Source of the DNA: Terriglobia bacterium
GTDB taxonomy: Bacteria > Acidobacteriota > Terriglobia > Terriglobales > Acidobacteriaceae
DNA length: 64,000 nt
Direction of reading: 5' to 3'
Assembly (NCBI GenBank): GCA_020072815.1
Contig: JAIQGE010000014.1
Span: 7,223-71,222 of the forward strand
This document shows, piece after piece, positions 47,301-57,140 of the stretch. Within the stretch, counting starts at the first letter, position 1. Every line of letters starts with the position of its first letter. The notes under the pieces are model-generated. The model saw only the letters and a program-made list of their open reading frames with translations. It did not search any database and had not been told where the DNA came from. The position numbers were made by a program, and so were the translations under genes.

Positions 47301-47356
47301 GGCGTGCAGCCTGCGCTGTGCACTCATAGGAAAACCGCGGAAATCCAAAAGTCGCC

Positions 47357-47893
47357 CTACTTCGTTTCCGGCAGCGTGTATTCGAAATCGTAGGAATGCT
47401 TCCCGTCGGCGATGATGATGTTCATTCTGCCCGTGAGTCCCACCAACTGCCCCGTGCCGGAGTCCGGGACCACGGTAATGTTCAATTGTTGGGCGCCGCC
47501 CGCCATGGTGCCACTATGCTGCAGGATGAAGCTGCCGCTGCGGCCTTGGAGTGTTCCCGTGACTTTCTCCATCGCCACGTAGCCGGCGGAGCCTTTCACC
47601 GCGGTGGTCGCCGTCAGCATCTGGCCCACGCTGGTGGCTTCCAGATCGCCGTGGATTTGCTTGTCAATGGTCAACCGGCCCAGTGACTGGTCTCCCGCCC
47701 GGTCGTCGGCTACGGGGACCACCTTTACTTCAAACTCTCCCTTGGCATGGTGGGTCATGAGGGCTTCTTTCTGGATGGGGCTTTTCGCCGGAGCTTGGGC
47801 GCGGATGTACCGCGGGAAGCCATAGCTAATGGACACAAATGTTGCGGCGACCACGATCATTGCAGTACGAACTCGGTTGTTCATGCCTGCCAT
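47357..47893 (-). CDS. secreted DUF3224-family protein
   Basis: 178 aa; signal peptide; motif pattern FEVKVVP...GDLEATSVGQML...GSFILQHSG. Confidence 0.5.
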   Translation of the reverse strand: MAGMNNRVRTAMIVVAATFVSISYGFPRYIRAQAPAKSPIQKEALMTHHAKGEFEVKVVPVADDRAGDQSLGRLTIDKQIHGDLEATSVGQMLTATTAVKGSAGYVAMEKVTGTLQGRSGSFILQHSGTMAGGAQQLNITVVPDSGTGQLVGLTGRMNIIIADGKHSYDFEYTLPETK

Positions 47894-48042
47894 GATCAGG
47901 CAGAAAGAATGGGCGCGTCAACAACGTCGGAACTTCGCGGGATTGAAATCCCGCGATTTCTCAGCCGTCCAACCTCGAATGGGTTGATGGTGTCTTGCCC
48001 TGTCTCTTCCTCCGCGTCTCCGCGCCTCCGCGGTGAACTTTC

Positions 48043-50898
48043 CTAGAACGCGAACATCACTTGCAGATCAACTCTGCGGTTGGCTGACTGCGTGTTGAAC
48101 GGTCCGCCAGCCAAAGACGTTGACTCGCCGAACTTGGGCGAACTCAGGTTGCCGATGGGCGGAGCGGGGTTCACGTGGTTGAAGATGTTGCGCGCGTTGG
48201 CGCTGAACGTCAGGCTGTAGCGATTGGTGGTGGAGCGTTCGCCGCCCATGCCCATCGGTCCGCCACGAGGTCCGCCAGCCATCGGTCCGCCACCGCCGGG
48301 ACCATGGCCGCCACCGCCGGGAGCTCCGCCACCGGGGCGTCCGCCGCCGTGGGCGTCCGGCGTGTGCTGCGCGCCTTGCTGTCCGGCTTGCTGCTGTCCT
48401 TGCGGCGCCTGCTTGTTGGCTGCGGTTTCCAGTTTGGGTCCCAGGCCAAAGGTCTTGCTCAAACGCAGGTTCAGCGTGAATTGTCCGGGGCCGTTGCCAA
48501 AGTTCATGGGGATGCGGGCCTCACCCGGCGCCGGCGCCACATCGAAGTTGCCAAATTGTGTTGTCCGCAAGTTCGCTGCGCTGGTAGCGCTGGTGGCAAA
48601 CGCCGGCCGGTCATTGAAGATGGAGTCGCCGTTCAGGTCCTGGCCGGTGATGATGTTGAAGGGCGCGCCGGAGTTGACGATCATGAAAGGGCTCACGCGG
48701 AAGCCGTGCGGCATGGCCACCGTTCCGCCGACGAACAACCGGTTGCGCACGTCAAACGCCGCGCGCCCGTAGTCGGCGCCGATGTTGGCGGGGTTGGTGG
48801 GGAAGCTGCCCGCGCCGAACGCGTCGCTCTTGGCGAAACTGAGGCTGTAGAAGCTGAAGATGGTCAGCTTGGCGCCGGCGCGCACGTTGAAGCTGGCAAT
48901 CATCTGGTTCTGCTTGTAGATGCCTTCAGAAATGTACTCGTAAGCCGGCGTGGCGGCGGGAACCAGCGCGTTGGTGTTTACGGAGAGAAACTGGTGCACG
49001 CCTTGCGAATGCAGATAGGTCACCGACAAGGTGGAGCTCTTGGTGATCTGCCGTTCCACCGACGCCGCCCCCTGCATGGTGTACGGCGCGCGCAGGTCCG
49101 GCGCGATCTTGTAAGTGGTGGAGCCGGACGCGCTCAAGCTGCTCAGCGACGGCAGCACCGGAAACGACGGGTTCTGCACCACAAACTGCTGCTGGTTCAC
49201 GCCGTTGAGCCGTTCCGCCTGCAGGATCAGGTTCTGGCCAAAGCGGTCATAAAAAATTCCAAAGCCGGTGCGGATGATGGTTTTGGGCTGCGTGTTCTTC
49301 TTGGCGCCCACGCCCCAGGCAAACCCCACGCGGGGCGACCAATCGCCGTGATCGCCAATGCCGTTCTGGGTTTCAAAACGCAGGCCATAGCTGGCGGTCA
49401 TGTTAGGACGGATTTTCCAGTCGTCTTCGGCGTAGATCCCGGCGTCCACGAACGTATTGGAGATCAGCGGATTCCCGGTGACGATGGTCAACTGGCTGGG
49501 CGTGCCGGCCAGAAACGCCGCCGGTGAGACGAATGTGTACGTGCCGTTGAAGTTGGCGCTGGAACTATTGTCCACGGACGTCGTGCGCAGCCGCCCGCCC
49601 AGGCGCATGAAGTGGTTGCCGCGGTTGATGGACGTGTAATTCTGCAGCTCGATGTGGTCGCTCTTAACGGCGCTGTTGCCGATCGCGTTTCCTCCGCCCA
49701 GGAACACGCCCAGCACGTTGATGGCGGGTCCGGAGGTCAAAGCGTTCTGATCGGTGTTGCTGTGTTCCCATTCAAAGCGCGTTTCGTTGATGACGTGCGG
49801 ACTTATGATTTGCGTGTCGCTGAGCTGGATTTCATGCTCATTGCTGGTCTGGTTGAAAGCTTGCGAAGGAAGCGCGAGCTGGCCCACTCCGTTGTTGTCC
49901 TGCTGGTCGTGCGTGTACTGGTAGCGAACCATGAGCGTGTTGCTGGCGGCGAGCTGGAAGTCGAAGCGCGAACTGATGTTGGTCCGTATGCGCGGGTTGG
50001 AGACGCCAATCACCGGTTCGCCCGCCGCGGCAAACGCGCTGGGCACCACCACGGCGGCGTCGTTGATGTCGCGCCGTTCGAAGTTGACGAAGTAAGAAGC
50101 TTTCTTGCTCAGCGGTCCGCCCAGGTTGCCGTTGTAGATGCGCGAGCTGAAGTCCGGCTCGATGGCGGCAAACGGGTTCAGCGCGTCCAGAACGGAATGG
50201 TTGTCATTGTAGGAAAACTGCCCGTGGACTTTGTCCGTGCCCGGCTTGGTGAGGATCTCAATGCGGCCGAAACCCATGCGGTCATACTGCGCGGAGAATG
50301 GATTTTGGTTGATGCGGATTTCGCGAATGGACGACTTGGGCGGAAGCTGGCCGCCGGTGAATCCGTCAATATAAATCTGGCCGCCGTTCGGTCCCGCGGA
50401 AGGCCCGGCGAGGGCTTGCAACTCAGACTGCAGCTCGTCCGGATCGTCGGACAGCGCGTCCAGGTCCTTGCCGCTGATGACCATGGAACTGGCGTTGTTC
50501 TCCGGATTCACGTTCACTCTGGCGGCGTCACTCTGGACGTCTACGTGCTCTTCCTGGACGTAAACTTCCAGCGTGATGTCCAGCTTCTGGTCCTGCCCGG
50601 CGGCGACCACCACCTGCTGGGCGTGTGCGCGGAAGCCTTTTTCCACCACTGTAAGCGTGTACGTTCCGGCCGCCAGTTCGCGTACCTGATAGCTGCCAAC
50701 GCCGTCAGACTTGGCGGTGATGGTCTGCCCGGTGGAGCTTCTCAGCGTAATCAATGCGCCGGGAATGACCGCTCCGGTCTGATCAATCACTTGTCCGTGC
50801 AGACGGCTGGGCGTCTGGGCCGGCAGCATCACGGCGGAAACCAGAAGAACGAAAATCATCAGCAGGAGCTTGCCGGCTCCTGCGGGCCAGAGTTTCAT
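48043..50898 (-). CDS. TonB-dependent receptor-like outer-membrane protein with N-terminal carboxypeptidase-regulatory-like domain and Gly-rich insertion
   Basis: signal peptide; CarboxypepD_reg block LHGQVIDQTGAVIPGALITLRS; plug and barrel; C-terminal ...FAF; insert GGGRPGGGAPGGGGHGPGGGGPMAGGPRGG; GGAG RBS before ATG 50898. Confidence 0.75.
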   Translation of the reverse strand: MKLWPAGAGKLLLMIFVLLVSAVMLPAQTPSRLHGQVIDQTGAVIPGALITLRSSTGQTITAKSDGVGSYQVRELAAGTYTLTVVEKGFRAHAQQVVVAAGQDQKLDITLEVYVQEEHVDVQSDAARVNVNPENNASSMVISGKDLDALSDDPDELQSELQALAGPSAGPNGGQIYIDGFTGGQLPPKSSIREIRINQNPFSAQYDRMGFGRIEILTKPGTDKVHGQFSYNDNHSVLDALNPFAAIEPDFSSRIYNGNLGGPLSKKASYFVNFERRDINDAAVVVPSAFAAAGEPVIGVSNPRIRTNISSRFDFQLAASNTLMVRYQYTHDQQDNNGVGQLALPSQAFNQTSNEHEIQLSDTQIISPHVINETRFEWEHSNTDQNALTSGPAINVLGVFLGGGNAIGNSAVKSDHIELQNYTSINRGNHFMRLGGRLRTTSVDNSSSANFNGTYTFVSPAAFLAGTPSQLTIVTGNPLISNTFVDAGIYAEDDWKIRPNMTASYGLRFETQNGIGDHGDWSPRVGFAWGVGAKKNTQPKTIIRTGFGIFYDRFGQNLILQAERLNGVNQQQFVVQNPSFPVLPSLSSLSASGSTTYKIAPDLRAPYTMQGAASVERQITKSSTLSVTYLHSQGVHQFLSVNTNALVPAATPAYEYISEGIYKQNQMIASFNVRAGAKLTIFSFYSLSFAKSDAFGAGSFPTNPANIGADYGRAAFDVRNRLFVGGTVAMPHGFRVSPFMIVNSGAPFNIITGQDLNGDSIFNDRPAFATSATSAANLRTTQFGNFDVAPAPGEARIPMNFGNGPGQFTLNLRLSKTFGLGPKLETAANKQAPQGQQQAGQQGAQHTPDAHGGGRPGGGAPGGGGHGPGGGGPMAGGPRGGPMGMGGERSTTNRYSLTFSANARNIFNHVNPAPPIGNLSSPKFGESTSLAGGPFNTQSANRRVDLQVMFAF

Positions 50899-50984
50899 CC
50901 AATTTCTCCTCAAATTTGCGGGTTGCGTTTTTCTGCGCATGTTTGCTGCGGCTCGCAATGCTCGCGGACATGCAATGGGTTCGC

Positions 50985-52208
50985 TCATTGCGGCCCGCCT
51001 TCTCCGCCCGGGCTGGATAGGTTCCATCCGGAGAGCAGTTGCGCCGCGCCGGTAATGCTGGGTGACGCCGTCAGGATCGGCTCCACGCCGCTGAGCAGGG
51101 TAATCGCCGTGACCTCAGAGTTTCCCGTACCCGGAGTGGAAACGATCATCACCGCTTCTTCTTTTTGCAAGTCAGCCAGCGTGACTGCGGGAAGCCGGCT
51201 CACCATCTGTCCGAAGTCCGGGGTCCCGCGACGACCACCGCCCTGTCCTCCGCCTGCTTGTCCGGGTGCGCCTTGCGCGCCGCCCGGTCCACCGGCAGCA
51301 TTGCCACCGGCTGAGGCGGCAGCCGCCTGGGCCGCTTCCGGCGACTTTAAGAAGAACGCGATCATCTGCGCCATTTGCACCGGAAGTTTGCGCATCTGCG
51401 ATTCGCCCGTCAGCTTCACCACAACCGTCTTCTTGCCCAAGATGTCTTTGATGGTGATGGTGTTGTTGGGCGCGTCAATCGCGGTGATGGTCCCGGCGAT
51501 GTTGCGGAAGGTGCCGGAGATCACTTCGTCGGCCGCCAGTTCTTTGCCGTCCGCGCTGCGCGTGCCGCGCGCGCGCAACTGGTCGCCGGACTTGATCTCA
51601 GCGAACCCGCTCTTCTGCGCCTCAGAGAACTTGATGGAGTTGGGAGCGTAGCGGCGGAACAAAGTGTCCTTGGAGGTCTTCACCGTAACTTTCAGCGTGG
51701 GATTCACGTCCACGGTGACCGTGCCCCCTGCGGCGTCCACGGCGGTGACGATGCCGCCGGTGCCGCGCTTCTGCCAGTCCTGCATCTCCTGCTGCTGCTT
51801 TTGGGCGACGTCGCCTTGCTTCATGACAACAATCGCCAGGGCGATCATGGAATCTGCGTTGTCACCGGGTTTACCGCGCACCAGCATGCGGTCGCCCACC
51901 TGGATTTCCTGCAAGGTCATCGGCGTAGCGGACTTCAAGTCTGTCTGTCCGGGCGCCATGCGCACCACGCGCGCGCCTTCCTGCACGGTGACGCTGACGT
52001 CGGGACCGGAGTCGGGTTTGAGGACAAGCTTCTGGCCGTCCATGGATTTGAGCGTACCGACTTTGCGAACCAACTGGCTGGCGGCCTGCTGATTGTCCTG
52101 CGATTGAGCGGCAGGAAGGGCCTGCGCCGATGGACACGTCAGGGTTGCTACGGCCAGCGCCCCCGCGAGGGCAAGCTTTACCGCCGGCTTTGGATGTGCA
52201 CCTTGCAT
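50985..52208 (-). CDS. secreted repeat protein (DUF5666-like triple repeat) with Gly-rich segment
   Basis: signal peptide; three repeats of pattern (L/I)xEIxxGDx(L/M)xxxG; Gly-rich AGGPGGAQGAPGQAGGGQGGG; GAGGAG RBS. Confidence 0.5.
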   Translation of the reverse strand: MQGAHPKPAVKLALAGALAVATLTCPSAQALPAAQSQDNQQAASQLVRKVGTLKSMDGQKLVLKPDSGPDVSVTVQEGARVVRMAPGQTDLKSATPMTLQEIQVGDRMLVRGKPGDNADSMIALAIVVMKQGDVAQKQQQEMQDWQKRGTGGIVTAVDAAGGTVTVDVNPTLKVTVKTSKDTLFRRYAPNSIKFSEAQKSGFAEIKSGDQLRARGTRSADGKELAADEVISGTFRNIAGTITAIDAPNNTITIKDILGKKTVVVKLTGESQMRKLPVQMAQMIAFFLKSPEAAQAAAASAGGNAAGGPGGAQGAPGQAGGGQGGGRRGTPDFGQMVSRLPAVTLADLQKEEAVMIVSTPGTGNSEVTAITLLSGVEPILTASPSITGAAQLLSGWNLSSPGGEGGPQ

Positions 52209-52455
52209 CATTCTCCTCAGATAGTTTCCTCAGATAGACTTACGATTTCGCACGGCCTTGTCTGCTGCTTGCCGCCCAAACGTGCCAGGGGGACAAGCGG
52301 GACAGGGGAATCCACAGTTTCCAAGCCGTTTTTGCTGCTGAACTTCTTCATCCGGCCTAATCGGCGGGCGGGGAAGACGCTGTTGCTCCTCTATCATCTC
52401 AAAAGACGCCTAAATTGGCTAAAGATCACGGTAAAAGTCCTGTAAAAAGGAAGCC

Positions 52456-52914
52456 ATGAATAATACACGCCACGTCAACACCATGAATGCCCGGCGCTAC
52501 CTGGTCCTTCTGGTGGTTGTGCTGGGCAGCACTCTGGGTGACGTTTTTCTTTCCCGCGGCATGAAGCAGATCGGCCACATCACCATGTCGAACTGGCGCG
52601 ATCTCACGCTGGCCATCACCAACCCCTGGGTCGTTCTGGGGACCCTGCTGCTGATCGCCTTCTTTGCCTCGTACCTCTCGGCGCTTTCCTGGGCGGATTT
52701 GTCTTACATCATGCTGATTACGGCGTTCGGCAACGTGCTCACGGCGCTGCTGGCAAAGTTCATGCTGCACGAGCACATTCCGTTCACCCGCTGGACGGGA
52801 ATCCTGCTCATCACCTTTGGCGTGAGCTTTGTGGGACGCGGCCCATCGCTCACGGTGTCCGATGAACCAACCGGTGAGCCGGCCGGCGCCGCGTCCGGAG
52901 GGAGCAAGCCATGA
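52456..52914 (+). CDS. small 4-TM DMT-superfamily (EamA/SMR-like) transporter subunit
   Basis: 152 aa, four hydrophobic helices; ATGA overlap with paralogous downstream gene. Confidence 0.55.
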   Translation: MNNTRHVNTMNARRYLVLLVVVLGSTLGDVFLSRGMKQIGHITMSNWRDLTLAITNPWVVLGTLLLIAFFASYLSALSWADLSYIMLITAFGNVLTALLAKFMLHEHIPFTRWTGILLITFGVSFVGRGPSLTVSDEPTGEPAGAASGGSKP

Positions 52915-53303
52915 GCGCTTACCACCATCTGGCCGACTTCCTGTTTATTGTTTTGCTGGTGGCCTTCACCACCTTTGGAGATTTGTTGATGGCCCGCGCC
53001 ATGCGCCAGGTCGGCGACGTGGATTTGCTCCGCAAACAGTCAGGGTTCTTCGGCGTAGTCCGCGCCGTCCTGTCCAAGATGTCTTTTTATGGCGCGATGC
53101 TTTGCATGACGGCCAGTTTTTTCAGCTTGCTGGTCGCCCTTTCACTGATTGATCTCAGCATTGTGATTCCGGCGTCCTCCTCGCTGACTTTTCTGTCCAC
53201 CCTGATTGGCGCCAAGTTTTTTCTGAGGGAGCATGTTGACCGGCGGCGCTGGATTGCCGGCGCGGTGGTGACCTGTGGAATCATATTGCTGGCCATGGAA
53301 TAA
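52911..53303 (+). CDS. small 4-TM DMT-superfamily transporter subunit (paralogous partner)
   Basis: 130 aa, four helices; similar topology to upstream gene; ArnE/ArnF-like pairing. Confidence 0.55.
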   Translation: MSAYHHLADFLFIVLLVAFTTFGDLLMARAMRQVGDVDLLRKQSGFFGVVRAVLSKMSFYGAMLCMTASFFSLLVALSLIDLSIVIPASSSLTFLSTLIGAKFFLREHVDRRRWIAGAVVTCGIILLAME

Positions 53304-53546
53304 ATCGCGGCAGCAGATACCGCGGTTTCGAGCCCGGCACAGATCACGCGCATGGATGATGGCCGTCACATCCTTGGAAGGTCAAAAACATCAATGATGG
53401 ATGTTGAGAACTCTGGCTCAATTCTTACCTCTTCAATTCTTACCGCTCATTTCATTTCAGGCCAGATAAGTCCCGCTGTTAAGAAGAGGCCGCATTCCTG
53501 CCGGCGCCAACCGGCGAAAGACGTCGGCCGAAGGAGGACGAGAGCA

Positions 53547-53984
53547 ATGTACAAGAACATCCTAATTCCAACAGACGGCTCGGCGCTGTCCGGAACAGCG
53601 ATCCAGGACGGTATCGCCATGGCCAAAGCGATGGGCGCGAAGATTACCGTGCTCACAACCTGGGCGCCATTCCATACTTTTTCCTTCGACTCGGCGATGC
53701 TCGAAGATACGCTGCCGCAATACAACCAGCAGATGAAGGAGAAAGCGGTGAAGACCCTGGCCGCCGCCGCCAACGCGGCAAAAGCCGCCGGGGTGGCCTG
53801 CGACACCGTGCAACTGGAACACGAGCATCCCTACCAGGCCATTATTGATACGGCCAAGCAAAAAGGCTGCGACCTGGTGGTGATGGCTTCGCACGGCCGC
53901 CGCGGTGTCTCGGCGCTGGTGCTGGGCAGCGAGACCGTCAAGGTGCTCACGCACTCCAAGGTGCCGGTTTTGGTCCATCGCTGA
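53547..53984 (+). CDS. universal stress protein (UspA family)
   Basis: MYKNILIPTDGS N-terminus; C-terminal ATP-binding GSHGRRGVSALVLGS(E)T; GAAGGAGGA RBS. Confidence 0.85.
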   Translation: MYKNILIPTDGSALSGTAIQDGIAMAKAMGAKITVLTTWAPFHTFSFDSAMLEDTLPQYNQQMKEKAVKTLAAAANAAKAAGVACDTVQLEHEHPYQAIIDTAKQKGCDLVVMASHGRRGVSALVLGSETVKVLTHSKVPVLVHR

Positions 53985-54718
53985 AAGTATTGCGGGGCAA
54001 CCGCGGAACGATGCAACGGCGCAGAATGATCGGAGGACGGCAAACCAGCCGGCGGTGTGCAATTTTCATGGCGTCTATCGCGCGCCGAAGTTTGAACTAG
54101 GTTTCCGGTTTTCTGCCCGGCCCCTTGATCTTCAGATGTCCCTTGCCCAGTTCGATGAGGAAGGTCCGCATCTCGTCTTCGTCCAACGACCGTTCTGTTC
54201 CCCGGTCAACCGCCCGCAGGAAGCTGCCCTCGGTGGTCATGCAGGCCATGGCCTGGGCGATGCTCTCATGCCGGTGCCCGCAGCGTTGCAGGCCCTGGGA
54301 TGCAATCCAGCACGCGACGTAGTAAAGCACAGTTTCTCCTGCAGCCCATGGGCGGTGGCTGGGCTTCCCGCGTTGACTTTCCCGCGTTGGCCGAGTGAGG
54401 CGCAAAAAACCGGGGCCGTACTCGTGATTACGGCCCCGGAGAGCGCAGTCTACTCAGTCGATGTCAGCGGGATTCGCTCAATTAGAAAGCTCTAACAAAC
54501 ATCAATGGGACGGATGGAGATGCGGGCCGCGTGCTTCGTGGGGTGTACGGCCCGCCCTGGCTCCCTCTGCCCCGATGGAGGTCAGTCCGCCGCTCAAACT
54601 ACATTGTCCACGCCATCATGTCAAGATAAAAGTACACGCCATCATGCCAACACAAAACAGAGGCCAACGGGTCACCGGGCGGCAGCTTGTCCGGAAAACG
54701 TAAATTGGGAGGGGTCGC

Positions 54719-55303
54719 TTACAGGGTTTCAGCCAGCTTTTGGGGGCAATCGCCGCCGCAGGCCAGCGCCAGTTGGGCCGCGGCCTGGCGGATCTGCTCG
54801 TAGCACTCCAGCAGATCGAAGGAGTCAATCCGGCGCAGGCGCGAGATCCACGGGGCCCGGGCGCCGGGCAGCATCATCAGTTGCAGGTACCACAGGTCCA
54901 ATTGCAGTTGGATCCAAAAACCCGCAATGCGGAATTCCGCGCAATGCCGGAACAGCGTTTCGGCCGCCTCATGGACGTCGCCATCCAAGGTGTGGCGCGA
55001 GCGCCGCATCTCGTAGCCGGCCCACTCCTGCAGGATGGCGGCGTTGTGCATGCAGCAGCCCAGCTTTTCCCGCAACAGGCGTATGCGGTTGAGCTGCGCT
55101 TTGCCGAATTGCGCTGGGCCCAGGGCCAGCTCCATGTGCTCTTCGTCGCGGGGGTCGAGCAGGCTTTCCATCTCCGCCAGGCCGGCGTTGCGCAGGTAAG
55201 GCGCAACCTGGTCGGCGCTGCGGTTGGGGAAGCTGAACAGGCGCCGGACGTAGACCAGGATGGGGACCGCGAGCAGCAGCGCGAGAATCGAACCAAGGAT
55301 CAT
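54719..55303 (-). CDS. hypothetical N-terminally membrane-anchored protein
   Basis: 194 aa; single N-terminal TM; protein-like composition, unlike the Q/A/R-rich antisense ORF. Confidence 0.45.
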   Translation of the reverse strand: MILGSILALLLAVPILVYVRRLFSFPNRSADQVAPYLRNAGLAEMESLLDPRDEEHMELALGPAQFGKAQLNRIRLLREKLGCCMHNAAILQEWAGYEMRRSRHTLDGDVHEAAETLFRHCAEFRIAGFWIQLQLDLWYLQLMMLPGARAPWISRLRRIDSFDLLECYEQIRQAAAQLALACGGDCPQKLAETL

Positions 55304-55350
55304 CGTCTATCTTTTTCTCTGTTTCTATCTCTTACCTTTAATGTCTGCTT

Positions 55351-56112
55351 CTATCGTCTTTTTCGACCCGCGAGGATGCTTTTCAACACTCGCGTGGTTT
55401 GCTGGATCTCTTCCCAGGCCTGCGCCGGAGTAATCGCCTGGGTCCACTGCGGCTCGGCGTCCGGCGGTCGGAGGAAAGTATCCAGCCACAATATCTCGGC
55501 CAATATGTATGCCACGGGAGGCCCGTACTTGACCAGGAGGGCGAATCTTGTTCCGAATTCAGAACGCAGGGCGAAGGCCATCCCCGCCAAAGCCACCACG
55601 GCGAAGCCTTCCACAATGCCCCAGGGATAGTTCCGGCGGCGGACATTGAAAAGCCACTGCACTCCTAAGAAAAGGAGAAAGATGCCCGCCTGGATCACGT
55701 TGATGGCGATTTCGCAGGAGAGAATAAAGCTGATTACACGGTCGGCTTGCGCCGGAGGGTGGCGGACTGTATAGGCGACGGCGATGGCCCCCACGAGTGT
55801 GGCCGCGACGGGGAAGAGCAGCCAGAACCAGCGATAAACTTGGAAGAACGCACGGAAGACCCGGGAAAAAGCCTCATGTAGGGCCAGCAGGGCCAGGATC
55901 GTATAGAGGATTTCGAACGCCCAAAACAGGTAGAAATACGCGAACTCGTCATGAAGCACTGCCAGCTTGATGATGTCACCGATTATCAAAGCGGCTATGT
56001 AGGCGGAGAAGAAAGGGAATTCCGCGAAGAGCCGACGCCACAAAAGGACCACGCCAAGGCAAAGGTTCAGGGCCAAAGCTATGAGCAGCAGAAGGATGTC
56101 TGTTTTTGCCAT
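55351..56112 (-). CDS. hypothetical polytopic (about 7-TM) membrane protein
   Basis: 253 aa; Phe/Leu-rich helices; 48 bp upstream of 54719-55303 on same strand. Confidence 0.5.
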   Translation of the reverse strand: MAKTDILLLLIALALNLCLGVVLLWRRLFAEFPFFSAYIAALIIGDIIKLAVLHDEFAYFYLFWAFEILYTILALLALHEAFSRVFRAFFQVYRWFWLLFPVAATLVGAIAVAYTVRHPPAQADRVISFILSCEIAINVIQAGIFLLFLGVQWLFNVRRRNYPWGIVEGFAVVALAGMAFALRSEFGTRFALLVKYGPPVAYILAEILWLDTFLRPPDAEPQWTQAITPAQAWEEIQQTTRVLKSILAGRKRR

Positions 56113-56484
56113 TGTCTGTGAGTGGCCAGATTAAACCAGCCACTCACCGGGGACAACCTACCTGTTAGCGCAAGGCTTGCCAGGGACGCATAGCGGAACC
56201 GGCCCGTCCGCCCAAACAGTTGTTGAGGTGCAGGCCAAAACCAGGAACCCCACTGCGATGATCTTGATGATGGTTCTTTTCATTTGCTTGTCTCCTTCTG
56301 CAGGTGGATTGATCGTGCAATCGTTCAAAAGACTTCAGCGCGAGGGCTGATTTAGCAGGGAGCATAGCTGGTTTCCTCCGCTAAAGCCCATGGAAATCAG
56401 CGTCCTTAGGTTTTTGAAATGGACAGCGGAAGGCCGTTGGGCCGGCTCCGGGCTTTGCTAAAATACGCATTTCACGGCCCCATT

Positions 56485-56847
56485 ATGAGCGATTGGAAAC
56501 GGCAACAGGGAATCACGGCCAGTCACGACTCCTCCAGCGTGGTGGTGACCAAGTACACCGTCTCGGTGGAGACCGCCAAGGAGGTCAAGAAGGCGGGCTC
56601 GGTCTACGGATCGCAAGGCCGGGCGTTGCAGGTGGCCACGGAGATGCTCATCCGTATGGAGAACCCGCCGCCTGCCAAAGCCGAGTCGCGCCGGGAACCG
56701 CCGGCCTTGGTGCGCATCAGCCTGCGCCTGCACAAACGCACCTACGAGCTGATTCGCAGCCTGTCACGGGTGAAATACAACGGCGATCCGGGACAGGTGG
56801 TGTCGGCGTGCGTGAAAGTGCTGAAGATGAAGAGGATCAAGCTGTAG
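56485..56847 (+). CDS. hypothetical small protein
   Basis: 120 aa from MSDWKR; no motif. Confidence 0.35.
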   Translation: MSDWKRQQGITASHDSSSVVVTKYTVSVETAKEVKKAGSVYGSQGRALQVATEMLIRMENPPPAKAESRREPPALVRISLRLHKRTYELIRSLSRVKYNGDPGQVVSACVKVLKMKRIKL

Positions 56848-57043
56848 GGCCTTTACCACAGAGGACACAGAGAAACACAGAGGCGGAACAGCACACCGCT
56901 GATGAACGCTGATGACGCTGATCGGAAGCGAAGCAAAGGACCAAGCACACAGCCGAGGGCGGCTGGGCCACACGGGCTTGAGTGAGTGGCAGCATTTTGG
57001 CTGGCTGTGCGATACTGAAACTGCTTTTTCACCTGCCCACCGA

Positions 57044-57130
57044 GCCGGGATGGCGGAACTGGCAGACGCAGCGGACTCAAAATCCGCCGACCTTCGGGTC
57101 TTGGGGGTTCGACTCCCCCTCCCGGCACCA
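57044..57130 (+). tRNA. tRNA-Leu (anticodon CAA)
   Basis: acceptor GCCGGGA/TCCCGGC, anticodon loop CTCAAAA, long variable arm, T-loop TTCGACT, CCA encoded. Confidence 0.85.
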
Positions 57131-57140
57131 TATCCTTGTC

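Noticed and set aside
44595-47348. Minus-strand ORFs 44595-46088 (497 aa) and 46110-47348 (412 aa)
   Set aside because: They are antisense to the TPR-GAF-GGDEF gene and have a low-complexity Arg/Gly/Leu-rich composition.
48175-51651. Plus-strand ORFs 48175-49527 (450 aa), 48224-48772 (Pro/Gly-rich) and 49612-51651 (679 aa)
   Set aside because: They are antisense to the TonB-like receptor and DUF5666-like genes. The Gly-rich region is open in several frames because of its composition, and I do not take it as a CRISPR or real second gene.
54505-55630. Plus-strand ORFs 54505-55092 and 54740-55630 (296 aa)
   Set aside because: These are Q/A/R/G-rich low-complexity translations antisense to the more protein-like minus-strand ORF 54719-55303.
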